This document shows positions 1 through 7,745 of a stretch of DNA of 20,000 bases, in pieces. The stretch lies in IMG/VR virus record IMGVR_UViG_3300017771_000002. One strand, given 5' to 3'. The stretch is from an uncultured virus (IMG/VR IMGVR_UViG_3300017771_000002) (Duplodnaviria > Heunggongvirae > Uroviricota > Caudoviricetes). The notes under the pieces are model-generated. The model searched no databases. It had not been told where the DNA came from and saw nothing but the letters and a program-made list of their open reading frames with translations. The position numbers and the translations under genes were made by a program. Position 1 is the first letter of the stretch, and each line of letters starts with the position of its first letter.

Positions 1-1
1 C

Positions 2-328
2 ATCACTTTATATTACGGATTGAGTAAACCTGTAGAAAAAACTCTCCTACAAAAAATTACTCAAAAAATGTCTTTAACTGTTGACAACAACCTGTACGAT
101 CAATTCTATGAATTAGAGTTGAGGAGGAAAGCTCTCCATTACCTTCTTCAATACCTTAAAGAGGTTTACGTTTATGAATCTTCTAGGATTGAAGTGATCA
201 TCAATCTGATTGATTCTTTTTCTCAAAGTTTCAATAGGGTCTGCAAGATACCAATAATCAAAGATAATAGAAAGTTTATTTTAAGTAATATCGCAGAGCC
301 AATAATAGAATCTGACAGTAAAGATTAA
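2..328 (+). CDS. Hypothetical protein, 5'-truncated by the window edge
   Basis: Frame is open from position 2 (ITLYYGLSKPVEK...), so the TTG at 20 is probably not the true start. Ends at TAA 326-328. No recognisable motif. Confidence 0.65.
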   Translation: MTLYYGLSKPVEKTLLQKITQKMSLTVDNNLYDQFYELELRRKALHYLLQYLKEVYVYESSRIEVIINLIDSFSQSFNRVCKIPIIKDNRKFILSNIAEPIIESDSKD

Positions 329-331
329 TTA

Positions 332-359
332 TTGAATTGTGAGCCATTTTATATATCAT
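332..359 (+). promoter_or_regulatory. Candidate sigma70-type promoter for a leaderless transcript of the 365-5447 operon
   Basis: TTGAAT (332-337), 16-nt spacer, TATCAT (354-359), ATG at 365 five nt later. No Shine-Dalgarno. Confidence 0.45.
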
Positions 360-364
360 CGTTT

Positions 365-850
365 ATGATTGTTCAGCTTTACAAACCTAACCCCAGAAAT
401 ACTGGTTGTGCTTTTAGTTGCGATATTGGCAGCGCCAACCAGAAAGGTGAACCTTGTGTTTATGTCAGGGCAGTTAGGCAATTTTCTTGGGACGACAAAA
501 AGAAGACTGGTTCTTTCTCTCAAAACTCAAAAAACCCAGAAACTTCAATTTCAATTAAATTAAACGAGGTTGAAATCGGAGGTTTAATTTACGCTATTGA
601 AAAAAATACCGAGTTCAAAGCTTACCACTCTTACGAGGATAATAAAACCCAAATCTCATTTAAACCTTGGGAAAGAAATGGGCGACCAAACGCTTTTTCC
701 TTTGGTATCATTAGAAATTCCACAAACAAGTTTGGGATAGGAGTAGAAATGTCAGAAGCTTACTGCTTGCTTGAATTTTTTAAGTTCGCGCTGCAAGAGC
801 TTTACGCTTATCGTTTGACTAAAAACGAAGAGATTAAATCGCGGCAGTGA
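365..850 (+). CDS. Whirly/PC4-like single-stranded nucleic-acid-binding protein
   Basis: Start revised to ATG 365 (MIVQLYKPN). ISIKLNEVEIGGLI...FKAYH and FGIGVEMSEAYCLLEFFKFAL resemble the two beta-strand/helix halves of Whirly domains (recalled plant pattern FSLSVTEIG...FFHD and IYIPVTKAEFAVL..AF). Confidence 0.6.
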   Translation: MIVQLYKPNPRNTGCAFSCDIGSANQKGEPCVYVRAVRQFSWDDKKKTGSFSQNSKNPETSISIKLNEVEIGGLIYAIEKNTEFKAYHSYEDNKTQISFKPWERNGRPNAFSFGIIRNSTNKFGIGVEMSEAYCLLEFFKFALQELYAYRLTKNEEIKSRQ

Positions 851-2736
851 AGAAAAAAGTTTTAATTCACTCTAACTCCTGTAAAGCTTTTACGGGTTTT
901 GGTAAGAACAAGAAGAATATCATGCGTTACCTGCATAATACAGGTAAGTATGAGTTGATTGAGTTGGCTAATGGGTTGGAGTGGTCCAACCCCCTACTAT
1001 CTTTAATGCCTTGGAAAGCTGTGGGCGCTTTACCCCCCAGACAATCCTTACAAGGCATGGATCAACATATGCAAAGGGCAGAGGGTTATGGTCTATCTGC
1101 TGTTGACCGCGCTGTAAAAGAATTTAAGCCCGATGTTTATATCGGCATGGAGGATATTTGGGCTTTTAAAGATTATCATCATAAGCCTTGGTGGAATAAG
1201 ATCAACTGCATGATTTGGACGACCTTAGACAGTTTACCAATCCTTCCTCAAGCTATAGAGTATGCGCCTAAAATTAAAAATTACTATGTTTGGGCTAGTT
1301 TTGCAGAAAAAGGAATGGCTGAACTGGGATACGATCATGTAAAGACTCTTAGGGGATCTGTAGAGCATAATAATTTTGTTCGCTTGTCAGATGAAGACCG
1401 CTTAAAATTAAGAGAGCGTCAGGGCTTGTCTGATGAATTCATTATAGGTTTTGTATTTAGGAATCAACTCCGCAAGTCAGTGCCAAACCTACTTGAGGGA
1501 TTTAAAATATTTAAGAAAAATAATCCATATTCAAAAGCTAAACTATTTCTACATACCCATTGGGTAGAAGGTTGGGATATCAGCAAGCTTATCGCTGAAA
1601 AAGGTCTAGATGCATCAGACATTTTAACAACTTATGTTTGCTCTAAATGCAATACTTACACAGTTAAGCCTTACGAAGGGCAAGAAAAAGGTTGCAACAA
1701 CTGTGGTTCCGAGAAGTCCGTAAATACAACTAACACTCGCAAGGGTGTGGATGAAAAACAGTTGAATGAAATTTACAATCTTATGGACCTATATTGCCAC
1801 CCGTTCACAAGTGGAGGTCAAGAGATTCCTATTCAAGAAGCTAAACTTACCGAGCTTGTAACTCTAGTTACTGATTATTCGTGCGGGGAAGATAATTGCA
1901 CTGAAGAAAGTGGTGGCATCCCACTCGATTGGAATGAGTATAGAGAACCCGGAACTCAATTTATTAAAGCGTCAACTTGCCCAATCTCAATCAGTCGCGA
2001 GATAGAAAATGTTTACAAAATGGCCCCCTCACAAAAAAGTGAGATGGGTAAAGTCGCTCGACAGTGGACTATTGAAAACTTTTCGACTGAGGTTATTGGT
2101 AAACAGTTAGAGGAGATGATCGACAACATGCCAGATGTTGATTATGACTACGAATCTAAATCAAGAGATTATAACCCAAAGTATGAAATTAAACAACATA
2201 CTGATTTAACAGAGTTCTTAATAGATATCTACAAGAATATATTAGATGAGGATGTAGATGAAAATTCTTCAGGAGTGAAGCATTGCGTAGGCAAGATGAA
2301 ATCTGGGACCAAAGCAGAGGAAATTATACAACATTTTAGAAATACAGCTCAGCAGCAAATACAAAAAAGTCAAACTCCATCCTTGCAGGACTTACTTGGT
2401 GACAAAGATAAAGGCTCTAGAATTGCTATAGTCATTCCACAGTCTGAAGTCGATGTCTTGTTGGTTAATTCACTGATGAAGAGGTTCAAAAAACAGTATT
2501 CTGACTACAATATTTATGTATTCACCAACCCAGAATATTTCGAGTTGATTGAGGATAGTCCTTATGTACATAAAGTTCTTAGGTATTCGAAAGAGATGGA
2601 GAATACCTTTTCCCTAGAAGGCGCTGGGCAATCAGAAGGTCTATTTAGTGCAGCTTTTTATCCTCATGCAACAACTCAAAAATCCGTATGCTTTACGCAT
2701 AACGGAATCACTAAACACGAATTTTCTTTTGCGTAA
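847..2736 (+). CDS. Multidomain glycosyltransferase: GT4 (GT-B fold) with CxxC..CxxC insert, DUF4214-like helical segment and C-terminal GT9-like N-lobe
   Basis: N-terminal TGFG, FKPDVYIGMEDIW, IIGFVFRNQLRK, LNEIYNLMDLYCHPFTSGGQEIPIQEA and ARQWTIENFS are GT4 hallmarks. CSKC...CNNC at 1639-1704. EFLIDIYKNILDEDVD...G...F. IAIVIPQSEVDVLL...FKKQY...IYVFTNPEYFELIEDSPYVHKV. GTG start overlaps the upstream TGA. Confidence 0.85.
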   Translation: MKKKVLIHSNSCKAFTGFGKNKKNIMRYLHNTGKYELIELANGLEWSNPLLSLMPWKAVGALPPRQSLQGMDQHMQRAEGYGLSAVDRAVKEFKPDVYIGMEDIWAFKDYHHKPWWNKINCMIWTTLDSLPILPQAIEYAPKIKNYYVWASFAEKGMAELGYDHVKTLRGSVEHNNFVRLSDEDRLKLRERQGLSDEFIIGFVFRNQLRKSVPNLLEGFKIFKKNNPYSKAKLFLHTHWVEGWDISKLIAEKGLDASDILTTYVCSKCNTYTVKPYEGQEKGCNNCGSEKSVNTTNTRKGVDEKQLNEIYNLMDLYCHPFTSGGQEIPIQEAKLTELVTLVTDYSCGEDNCTEESGGIPLDWNEYREPGTQFIKASTCPISISREIENVYKMAPSQKSEMGKVARQWTIENFSTEVIGKQLEEMIDNMPDVDYDYESKSRDYNPKYEIKQHTDLTEFLIDIYKNILDEDVDENSSGVKHCVGKMKSGTKAEEIIQHFRNTAQQQIQKSQTPSLQDLLGDKDKGSRIAIVIPQSEVDVLLVNSLMKRFKKQYSDYNIYVFTNPEYFELIEDSPYVHKVLRYSKEMENTFSLEGAGQSEGLFSAAFYPHATTQKSVCFTHNGITKHEFSFA

Positions 2737-3875
2737 TGTCTCACTTATTACATGAATATTCAAAGAGTTTAGGCGTTAAAGTTTCTAAGCCTGACCTTCA
2801 ACAACACTTCTTCCCTTGTTTGGATGAAAAGTATATTCTGTTTTACAACAGCGAGCGGCAAGCCTCTAAAATATACAAGCACTACTCTACAGTATTTCAG
2901 TTACTGAGAGAAACTCTAGATAATCATGGCATAAAAATTTATCAAATTGGTGGTGAAAACGCAATCACGGGAGTAAGTAGACATTTAAGCTGCGGCTTAA
3001 AAAATGAAGCTTACCTTGTTGCCAAGAGTATGTTATATTTAGGCCCAGACAGTTACTTGGCCCAATACGCAAGCTCTCAAGATGTTAAAACTATAACATT
3101 ACATGGTAATAATTACGCTAGCAACACCAAGCCATTCTGGGGAAGCTTTAAGGATAAAGCTTGTTTAGAACCTGATTGGAATTCAAACCCATGCTTTTCG
3201 GCTGAAGACCCTCAAAGACAGATTGATTCAATTAAACCAGAGGCGGTTTGCAAAAAAATATTAGAATTTTGCGGCTTGGGCCAATTAAAATTTAATTTTA
3301 AAACAATTAATATTGGAGACTCTTACTATCAAAAAATCGTCGAGGTAGTCCCCACAGCAATAACTAAAGGTCTACCCAAAAGCCTTTTTGTCCGTATAGA
3401 CTACGGTGTGGAGGAAGAGGCTCTTTTGTATTACTGCGCTAATCATGAAGTCATATTGGTGACAGACCAGTTACCACAAATCAACATGCTCATACAGTTT
3501 CGTGAGAATGTAAAAAGAATCCTTTACACTGTTCAAGATAAGAATGATACAATCCCTGAAGAGTACTTTGAATACCTTAAAAAGCTAGGGATAGACTTTA
3601 TTCTACTTTCAGACAAAGAGGATGAGTTACCCTTCTTAAGGAACAAATACTTTGAAATCCAAGTTCACCCAAAGCATGACGCAAGGGAACCTATTGTTTT
3701 CCCTGATGATGCAAAATTTTTAAGTAATAAAAAAATCATTGAGGCGGATAAAGTTTACATGAGTTACGCTCATTACAAAAAAGGGCTTGACTCCTGCGAT
3801 AAAGTATTGGATACTCCTGAATACTGGGAAGAGTCCAAACACTTCTATATTTATGAGCAAGAAAAAAGTAGCTAA
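2736..3875 (+). CDS. GT9 (heptosyltransferase)-like C-terminal-lobe protein
   Basis: IKIYQIGGE...AYLVAKSMLYLGPDSYLAQYASSQDVKTITLHG...IDSIKPEAV matches the GT9 pattern A.LFIG.DSG..HLAAA...TI.LFG...M..I.PE.V. TAATG-coupled to the upstream gene. Confidence 0.7.
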   Translation: MSHLLHEYSKSLGVKVSKPDLQQHFFPCLDEKYILFYNSERQASKIYKHYSTVFQLLRETLDNHGIKIYQIGGENAITGVSRHLSCGLKNEAYLVAKSMLYLGPDSYLAQYASSQDVKTITLHGNNYASNTKPFWGSFKDKACLEPDWNSNPCFSAEDPQRQIDSIKPEAVCKKILEFCGLGQLKFNFKTINIGDSYYQKIVEVVPTAITKGLPKSLFVRIDYGVEEEALLYYCANHEVILVTDQLPQINMLIQFRENVKRILYTVQDKNDTIPEEYFEYLKKLGIDFILLSDKEDELPFLRNKYFEIQVHPKHDAREPIVFPDDAKFLSNKKIIEADKVYMSYAHYKKGLDSCDKVLDTPEYWEESKHFYIYEQEKSS

Positions 3876-4635
3876 GAAAGCCACCAAGAAAAAACTATTC
3901 GGACCCGATCTTTACAAGAGGGATGAGCATGGTCTCCTAGAGAATGTTGATTACGTCTTTAATGAAGATGGTTCGGTAAATTGGCGAGCTATGATTAAAC
4001 CTGAGTTTCTTTACCCAAATCGGGATTGGTTCAATTATAGGAACAAGCCTGTACCAGACTCTTCTGACGGTTTAGCTGACAATCAGTTACTCATCATGCT
4101 TGGGGGCATTAAAGAACTAGCTCGACTTAGGGGTTTTGAGAATGTGTCATTTGAGATTGATAATGTATCTGAGAGTTACGTTGTCGCCTCTTGCGAAATC
4201 CTTTGGTCTGCTAATTATGAGAGCGGAAAAGAGCGGGTCGCTTATCAAGACGTAGCTAATGCTACACTAGATAATACAGACTCATTTGCTTCAAAATTTT
4301 TGGAGACGATAGCTTGCAACAGAGCTTTTGTACGTTGCGTTCGCAACTTTTTGAATATCCATATTGTAGGCGCAGATGAGATTGATAAGTCCAAGGGCGC
4401 TAATAATAGCATCTCTGTGGAGTCTGTGGAGGCAGCGGCTACTACACCTATTGGCCTTTTACAAAAAACTTTACTGTCTAAAAAGGGTGTATCCTCATTT
4501 GAAGATTTTATTGAAATGTTGAAGGTGTTTTGGAAGAACGAAACTTATAAAAATGAGGACGTTGCAAAATGGAAGTCTTGGAAAGATATCCCAAGTAAAG
4601 AGATTCGTAAGCTCATTGGGCTTTTACACAAATGA
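3853..4635 (+). CDS. Probable single-strand annealing protein (Rad52/Sak/RecT-like superfamily)
   Basis: Start revised to ATG 3853 (MSKKKVAKK). LGGIKELARLRG, then beta strands, then ETIACNRAFVRCVRNFLNIHIVGADEI, which resembles the MAxxRAxxRAxR..xxI...EE helix of SSAPs. Confidence 0.55.
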   Translation: MSKKKVAKKATKKKLFGPDLYKRDEHGLLENVDYVFNEDGSVNWRAMIKPEFLYPNRDWFNYRNKPVPDSSDGLADNQLLIMLGGIKELARLRGFENVSFEIDNVSESYVVASCEILWSANYESGKERVAYQDVANATLDNTDSFASKFLETIACNRAFVRCVRNFLNIHIVGADEIDKSKGANNSISVESVEAAATTPIGLLQKTLLSKKGVSSFEDFIEMLKVFWKNETYKNEDVAKWKSWKDIPSKEIRKLIGLLHK

Positions 4636-5093
4636 TTAAAAGAATAGTTAGTGCAGAGCAGTTTAACAAAGCTGCTGACGATATTTCTGACTACTTAAAC
4701 CTTAAGGAGGAGGATAATAACTATCACTACCTTCTCCCAAATGGAGTTGAATCAATTAAGCAAGCTTTTGCTCACGACAAGATGTTGGCTTACAATGTGT
4801 TTGTGTGGGCTAACCTAAATAATTTAGGTAAATATGATGCAGGTATAATTTTCCTGAAGGATAAAGGCCCAAGGCATGGGCTAGAAATATTTTCAGAATA
4901 CATCTGGCTTTCGAGTAACCCTCATGCTGGCTATAAGCTACTAGCGACAGCGATAAAATACGCTAGAGATAACGGTTTTGAGCATATACAAATGGGTTGC
5001 TCCGAAAAATCCCCAAACAAAGACAAAGTAAAAAGCCTTTATAGAAGGCTTGGATTCATCAAAGATTCAGAAAGTTACATAGCAAAATTATGA
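4632..5093 (+). CDS. GNAT-family N-acetyltransferase
   Basis: AGYKLLATAIKYARDNGFEHIQMG...VKSLYRRLGF matches GNAT motifs A/B. ATGA overlaps at both ends. Confidence 0.8.
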   Translation: MIKRIVSAEQFNKAADDISDYLNLKEEDNNYHYLLPNGVESIKQAFAHDKMLAYNVFVWANLNNLGKYDAGIIFLKDKGPRHGLEIFSEYIWLSSNPHAGYKLLATAIKYARDNGFEHIQMGCSEKSPNKDKVKSLYRRLGFIKDSESYIAKL

Positions 5094-5251
5094 GTGGAAA
5101 AACTTGCAAAAAAATAAGAAAAGCATTATCATTAATCAATGAAGACCCGACATCAAGAAGGAACTACAGAAGATTCAAGCGTCAGTACCAACGTGTCCCA
5201 TCTCAACATAAATCAGACTTCATTAAAGCAACAGAAGGACTCTTCCAGTGA
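5090..5251 (+). CDS. Small basic hypothetical protein (53 aa), absent from the ORF track
   Basis: MSGKTCKKIRKALSLINEDPTSRRNYRRFKRQYQRVPSQHKSDFIKATEGLFQ*. ATG overlaps the GNAT stop (ATGA), like the other junctions of the operon. Confidence 0.6.
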   Translation: MSGKTCKKIRKALSLINEDPTSRRNYRRFKRQYQRVPSQHKSDFIKATEGLFQ

Positions 5252-5447
5252 ATGGTCTAAGCTGAAGGCGGGAGGTTGTTGGATCAAAAACAGTAAAAAA
5301 GGTGAGGCTTATTTATCTGGTTCTGCCAACCTAAGTGAAGAAGCTTTAAAAAAGATTGTTGAAAATGGCGGGAAGTTAAATTTCCACATTTATAAGAATG
5401 CTTTTCAAGAGGGAAACCAGCCTACTTATAACTTCTATATACTTTGA
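5139..5447 (+). CDS. DUF736-like small beta protein
   Basis: AGGCWIKNSKKGEAYLSG and N....GNQPTYNFY resemble the GA.W...S..G..YLS / ..PDY signature of DUF736-like phage proteins. Start uncertain (ATG 5139 or GTG 5193). Confidence 0.55.
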   Translation: MKTRHQEGTTEDSSVSTNVSHLNINQTSLKQQKDSSSEWSKLKAGGCWIKNSKKGEAYLSGSANLSEEALKKIVENGGKLNFHIYKNAFQEGNQPTYNFYIL

Positions 5448-5749
5448 TTCTCGTCTCTAAGTCTTTGATTTTCTTCCCTTAAAAATTTGATCTCGATTTT
5501 TAATTCTGTGACTTGGACAGTTAGTTCACTTATTTGAACTCTCATAGCCTCTTTTTCTTCAGAGGAGCTGATAAGTAGAGCTTCCAATTTACTCACTCTA
5601 TCAATTAGGTTACTAAGCAGAACTCCCTCTGTTTGGTAATCTAATTTTTTTATTTGTTGTTCGGCACTTAGTCTGTGACTCATGTATTTCCATAAAGCTC
5701 CTCCGAATAGTGCTGACACTACGGATGAGATAATTGTCCAATGATCCAT
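5435..5749 (-). CDS. Membrane-anchored coiled-coil protein
   Basis: N-terminal hydrophobic helix (WTIISSVVSALFGGALW) followed by a heptad coiled coil. Preceded by the GTGTAAT motif. Confidence 0.75.
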   Translation of the reverse strand: MDHWTIISSVVSALFGGALWKYMSHRLSAEQQIKKLDYQTEGVLLSNLIDRVSKLEALLISSSEEKEAMRVQISELTVQVTELKIEIKFLREENQRLRDENQSI

Positions 5750-5752
5750 AAA

Positions 5753-5810
5753 TTTAATTACACATTTTTTTTTAAAATATTAAAAATAATCTTATTTAGG
5801 TGTAATTAAA
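5753..5810. promoter_or_regulatory. Divergent pair of GTGTAATTAAA motifs (candidate phage late promoters)
   Basis: TTTAATTACAC (5753-5763) and GTGTAATTAAA (5800-5810) form a perfect 11-bp inverted repeat. Each GTGTAA is 8-10 nt upstream of an ATG (5749 on -, 5816 on +). Confidence 0.6.
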
Positions 5811-5815
5811 ATCAA

Positions 5816-6565
5816 ATGGGGGAAACAGATAAAAATCTTGAAGAAGCCGAGGCTTTCGCTTTAAAATACTGTAACCCAGATGATAGCGAGGTTATCTCTG
5901 ATCTTGATAGGCATGCGCGAGAGACGGCTTGGACACTATTGCAAAGAATCAAGCATTTAGATGATCAAAAGTGTATTTGTGAGGGGTGTGAGATTGAGAC
6001 AGTAGAGGGGATAGAAGACGAGGTTGAATCAACCCCTGAAGAGCGAGAAGAAAACCCAGAAGCTGAAGGTGAGTCTTCAGACGATTCCACCTTGCAAAAA
6101 CTACTAGAAACAGATAAAAATAATAAAAAACTAACAAAAAAAACAAAAAAGGTTGCAGTTGGGGCTGGAGTTATAGCTGTTACAACTCAGAAAATGGCAG
6201 CAATGGGAACCGCTGGGGTGATATCAATTGCAAGCGGAGCCTACTTCCAAGCTAAAACAGCGAAGACGGAAGGTATAGAGATAGCTGTTGTCACAGAGCA
6301 AGAATATGGAGCATTTTCCAAGTTCAATAGGTTTACTGAGTCAGTTTTAGGCATTTCAACCTTCGAAGGCATTAGGGAATACGCTGAAAAAGGGTATGGT
6401 GACATCAAAGGGTTTAATCCCTCTTCTGAGGAGAACGAAGAAAAGGAGGATCTTTCTGAAGAGGAGAGAGCAAAGAGAGACGGGGAATTACTTAAAGCAA
6501 GGGAGGATCTTAAAATTAATTCTAATGAGCCTCCTACCACTCCCCCAAAATTATCTGATTATTAA
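5816..6565 (+). CDS. Hypothetical acidic protein with a central Ala/Gly-rich hydrophobic segment
   Basis: 249-aa ORF with Glu-rich termini, CICEGC, and a Lys-rich patch followed by VAVGAGVIAV...GTAGVISIASGAYF. Confidence 0.75.
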   Translation: MGETDKNLEEAEAFALKYCNPDDSEVISDLDRHARETAWTLLQRIKHLDDQKCICEGCEIETVEGIEDEVESTPEEREENPEAEGESSDDSTLQKLLETDKNNKKLTKKTKKVAVGAGVIAVTTQKMAAMGTAGVISIASGAYFQAKTAKTEGIEIAVVTEQEYGAFSKFNRFTESVLGISTFEGIREYAEKGYGDIKGFNPSSEENEEKEDLSEEERAKRDGELLKAREDLKINSNEPPTTPPKLSDY

Positions 6566-6567
6566 TT

Positions 6568-6762
6568 ATGGAAGAAATATTCGACAAAATTTTAGCACCC
6601 TATATGTCCTCGATGCCTGAATTTGTAATCGCGGTAATGGGTCTAGTTGGGACACTTGCGTTTTTCGCGCCAGAAGATAGCAAGTTAAGTAGATTACTTA
6701 ACAAAGTCACTGGAAGATTGTCAAAATTTAAAGACTATTTACTTAAAAAACTTAAAAAATGA
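6568..6762 (+). CDS. Small single-TM membrane protein (holin-like architecture)
   Basis: 64 aa with hydrophobic FVIAVMGLVGTLAFFA and a highly basic C-terminus. ATGA-coupled to the next gene. Confidence 0.6.
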   Translation: MEEIFDKILAPYMSSMPEFVIAVMGLVGTLAFFAPEDSKLSRLLNKVTGRLSKFKDYLLKKLKK

Positions 6763-7493
6763 AAAAATTAATACCCCTGTTATTGCCAATATTTATTATA
6801 TCCTGTTTTTGTAAAGCAGCTATCGTCACCTTTACAGGTGGGACGGCAAACTTAGAATCAGGTGGCACTATCATCACAACCACAACTTCTCAAAATTACG
6901 GAGTCATTAACTATCAAGAACAATCTGTTATTCTTGAATATGTTTCACCCACCGAAGATTGGAGTTTTCAGACTGTAGGTGATTATTATGATGTGGGGAA
7001 TGATGTTATCCACGGTCATTGGACTGCAATCTCTTCTATAGAGATTTCTCTTCAAAACAACAACCCTTTTGATTTACAGTATTTTCAGATAACTTCGAAT
7101 ACTTCGGTTGGTGGGCAACCAGCTACAAATGAAGAAAATATAGGCATTCAAGGCTACTTAAATGGCTCTTCTGTTACGGAGATATACGCTTTACCCAGCG
7201 TAGATTGGGGTGCGGCAAGCACTAGAGATGTTTTCTTGCCCAGCTCTTTTGATAACGTCGATAAAGTAGTTATCTTTGATAGGGGTGTATCAGCAACTCA
7301 CACTGGAAATTCAAATTGCCCTGAGTGCGGTAATTCAGGTTTCTGTTTTGGGATGGACAATTTTGTGTTTGATGAAGCTGTTCCTAATTCTCTTGTACAA
7401 GGTAATGGGACTACATTGCCAGTAGTCCCAGAAGCTAATTCTTTACTATTTTTAATTGTAGCTTTGCTACCTCTATTAAGAAGGAAGCGCTAA
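6759..7493 (+). CDS. Secreted PEP-CTERM-type surface protein
   Basis: Signal peptide MKKLIPLLLPIFIISCFCKA|AIVTF. C-terminus VVPEANSLLFLIVALLPLLRRKR = VPE(P/A) motif, TM helix and Arg-rich tail. FGMDNFVF strand precedes the sorting signal. Confidence 0.85.
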   Translation: MKKLIPLLLPIFIISCFCKAAIVTFTGGTANLESGGTIITTTTSQNYGVINYQEQSVILEYVSPTEDWSFQTVGDYYDVGNDVIHGHWTAISSIEISLQNNNPFDLQYFQITSNTSVGGQPATNEENIGIQGYLNGSSVTEIYALPSVDWGAASTRDVFLPSSFDNVDKVVIFDRGVSATHTGNSNCPECGNSGFCFGMDNFVFDEAVPNSLVQGNGTTLPVVPEANSLLFLIVALLPLLRRKR

Positions 7494-7745
7494 TTATTGA
7501 TTGTAAACTTCGCGCTCCAACTTCCTATAACGAGCGTCTGAATGCCAAACCTCGTTAGTCTGGGGAGTGTAAACTCCTTCCTCAGTCTGAATCGGCTGAC
7601 CCGCCTTGAGCTTCAAGGAAGACGGTTGATATATGTTTAAACTGGTTGTTTTCGGCGCGGAGCTGCCCCCGCAAGAAGTCAGCACGATCATTGGACTCAT
7701 TGTCGCCAATAGCGCGTAACTTTTCAATTTCTTCGATAAGTTCAT
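7494..7745 (-). CDS. Lipoprotein, o-spanin (Rz1)-like candidate
   Basis: Start revised to ATG 7745: MNLSKKLKSYALLATMSPMIVLTS|CGGSS with lipobox LTSC (Cys codon 7671-7673). Overlaps the 3' part of 7582-7848 in another frame. Confidence 0.6.
   Translation of the reverse strand: MNLSKKLKSYALLATMSPMIVLTSCGGSSAPKTTSLNIYQPSSLKLKAGQPIQTEEGVYTPQTNEVWHSDARYRKLEREVYNQ

Noticed and set aside
4414..4431. TCTGTGGAG x2 tandem repeat
   Set aside because: In-frame 9-bp duplication in a linker (SVESVE) with no sign of a phase-variation role.
5753..5810. 11-bp inverted repeat as a terminator or mobile-element end
   Set aside because: It lies between divergent starts with a 36-nt AT-rich spacer and is better explained as two back-to-back copies of the promoter-like motif.
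7564..7577. GGAGT-GTAA-ACTCC hairpin as a terminator or promoter
   Set aside because: Only a 5-bp stem with no U-tract, inside a coding region, and no ATG at the expected spacing.
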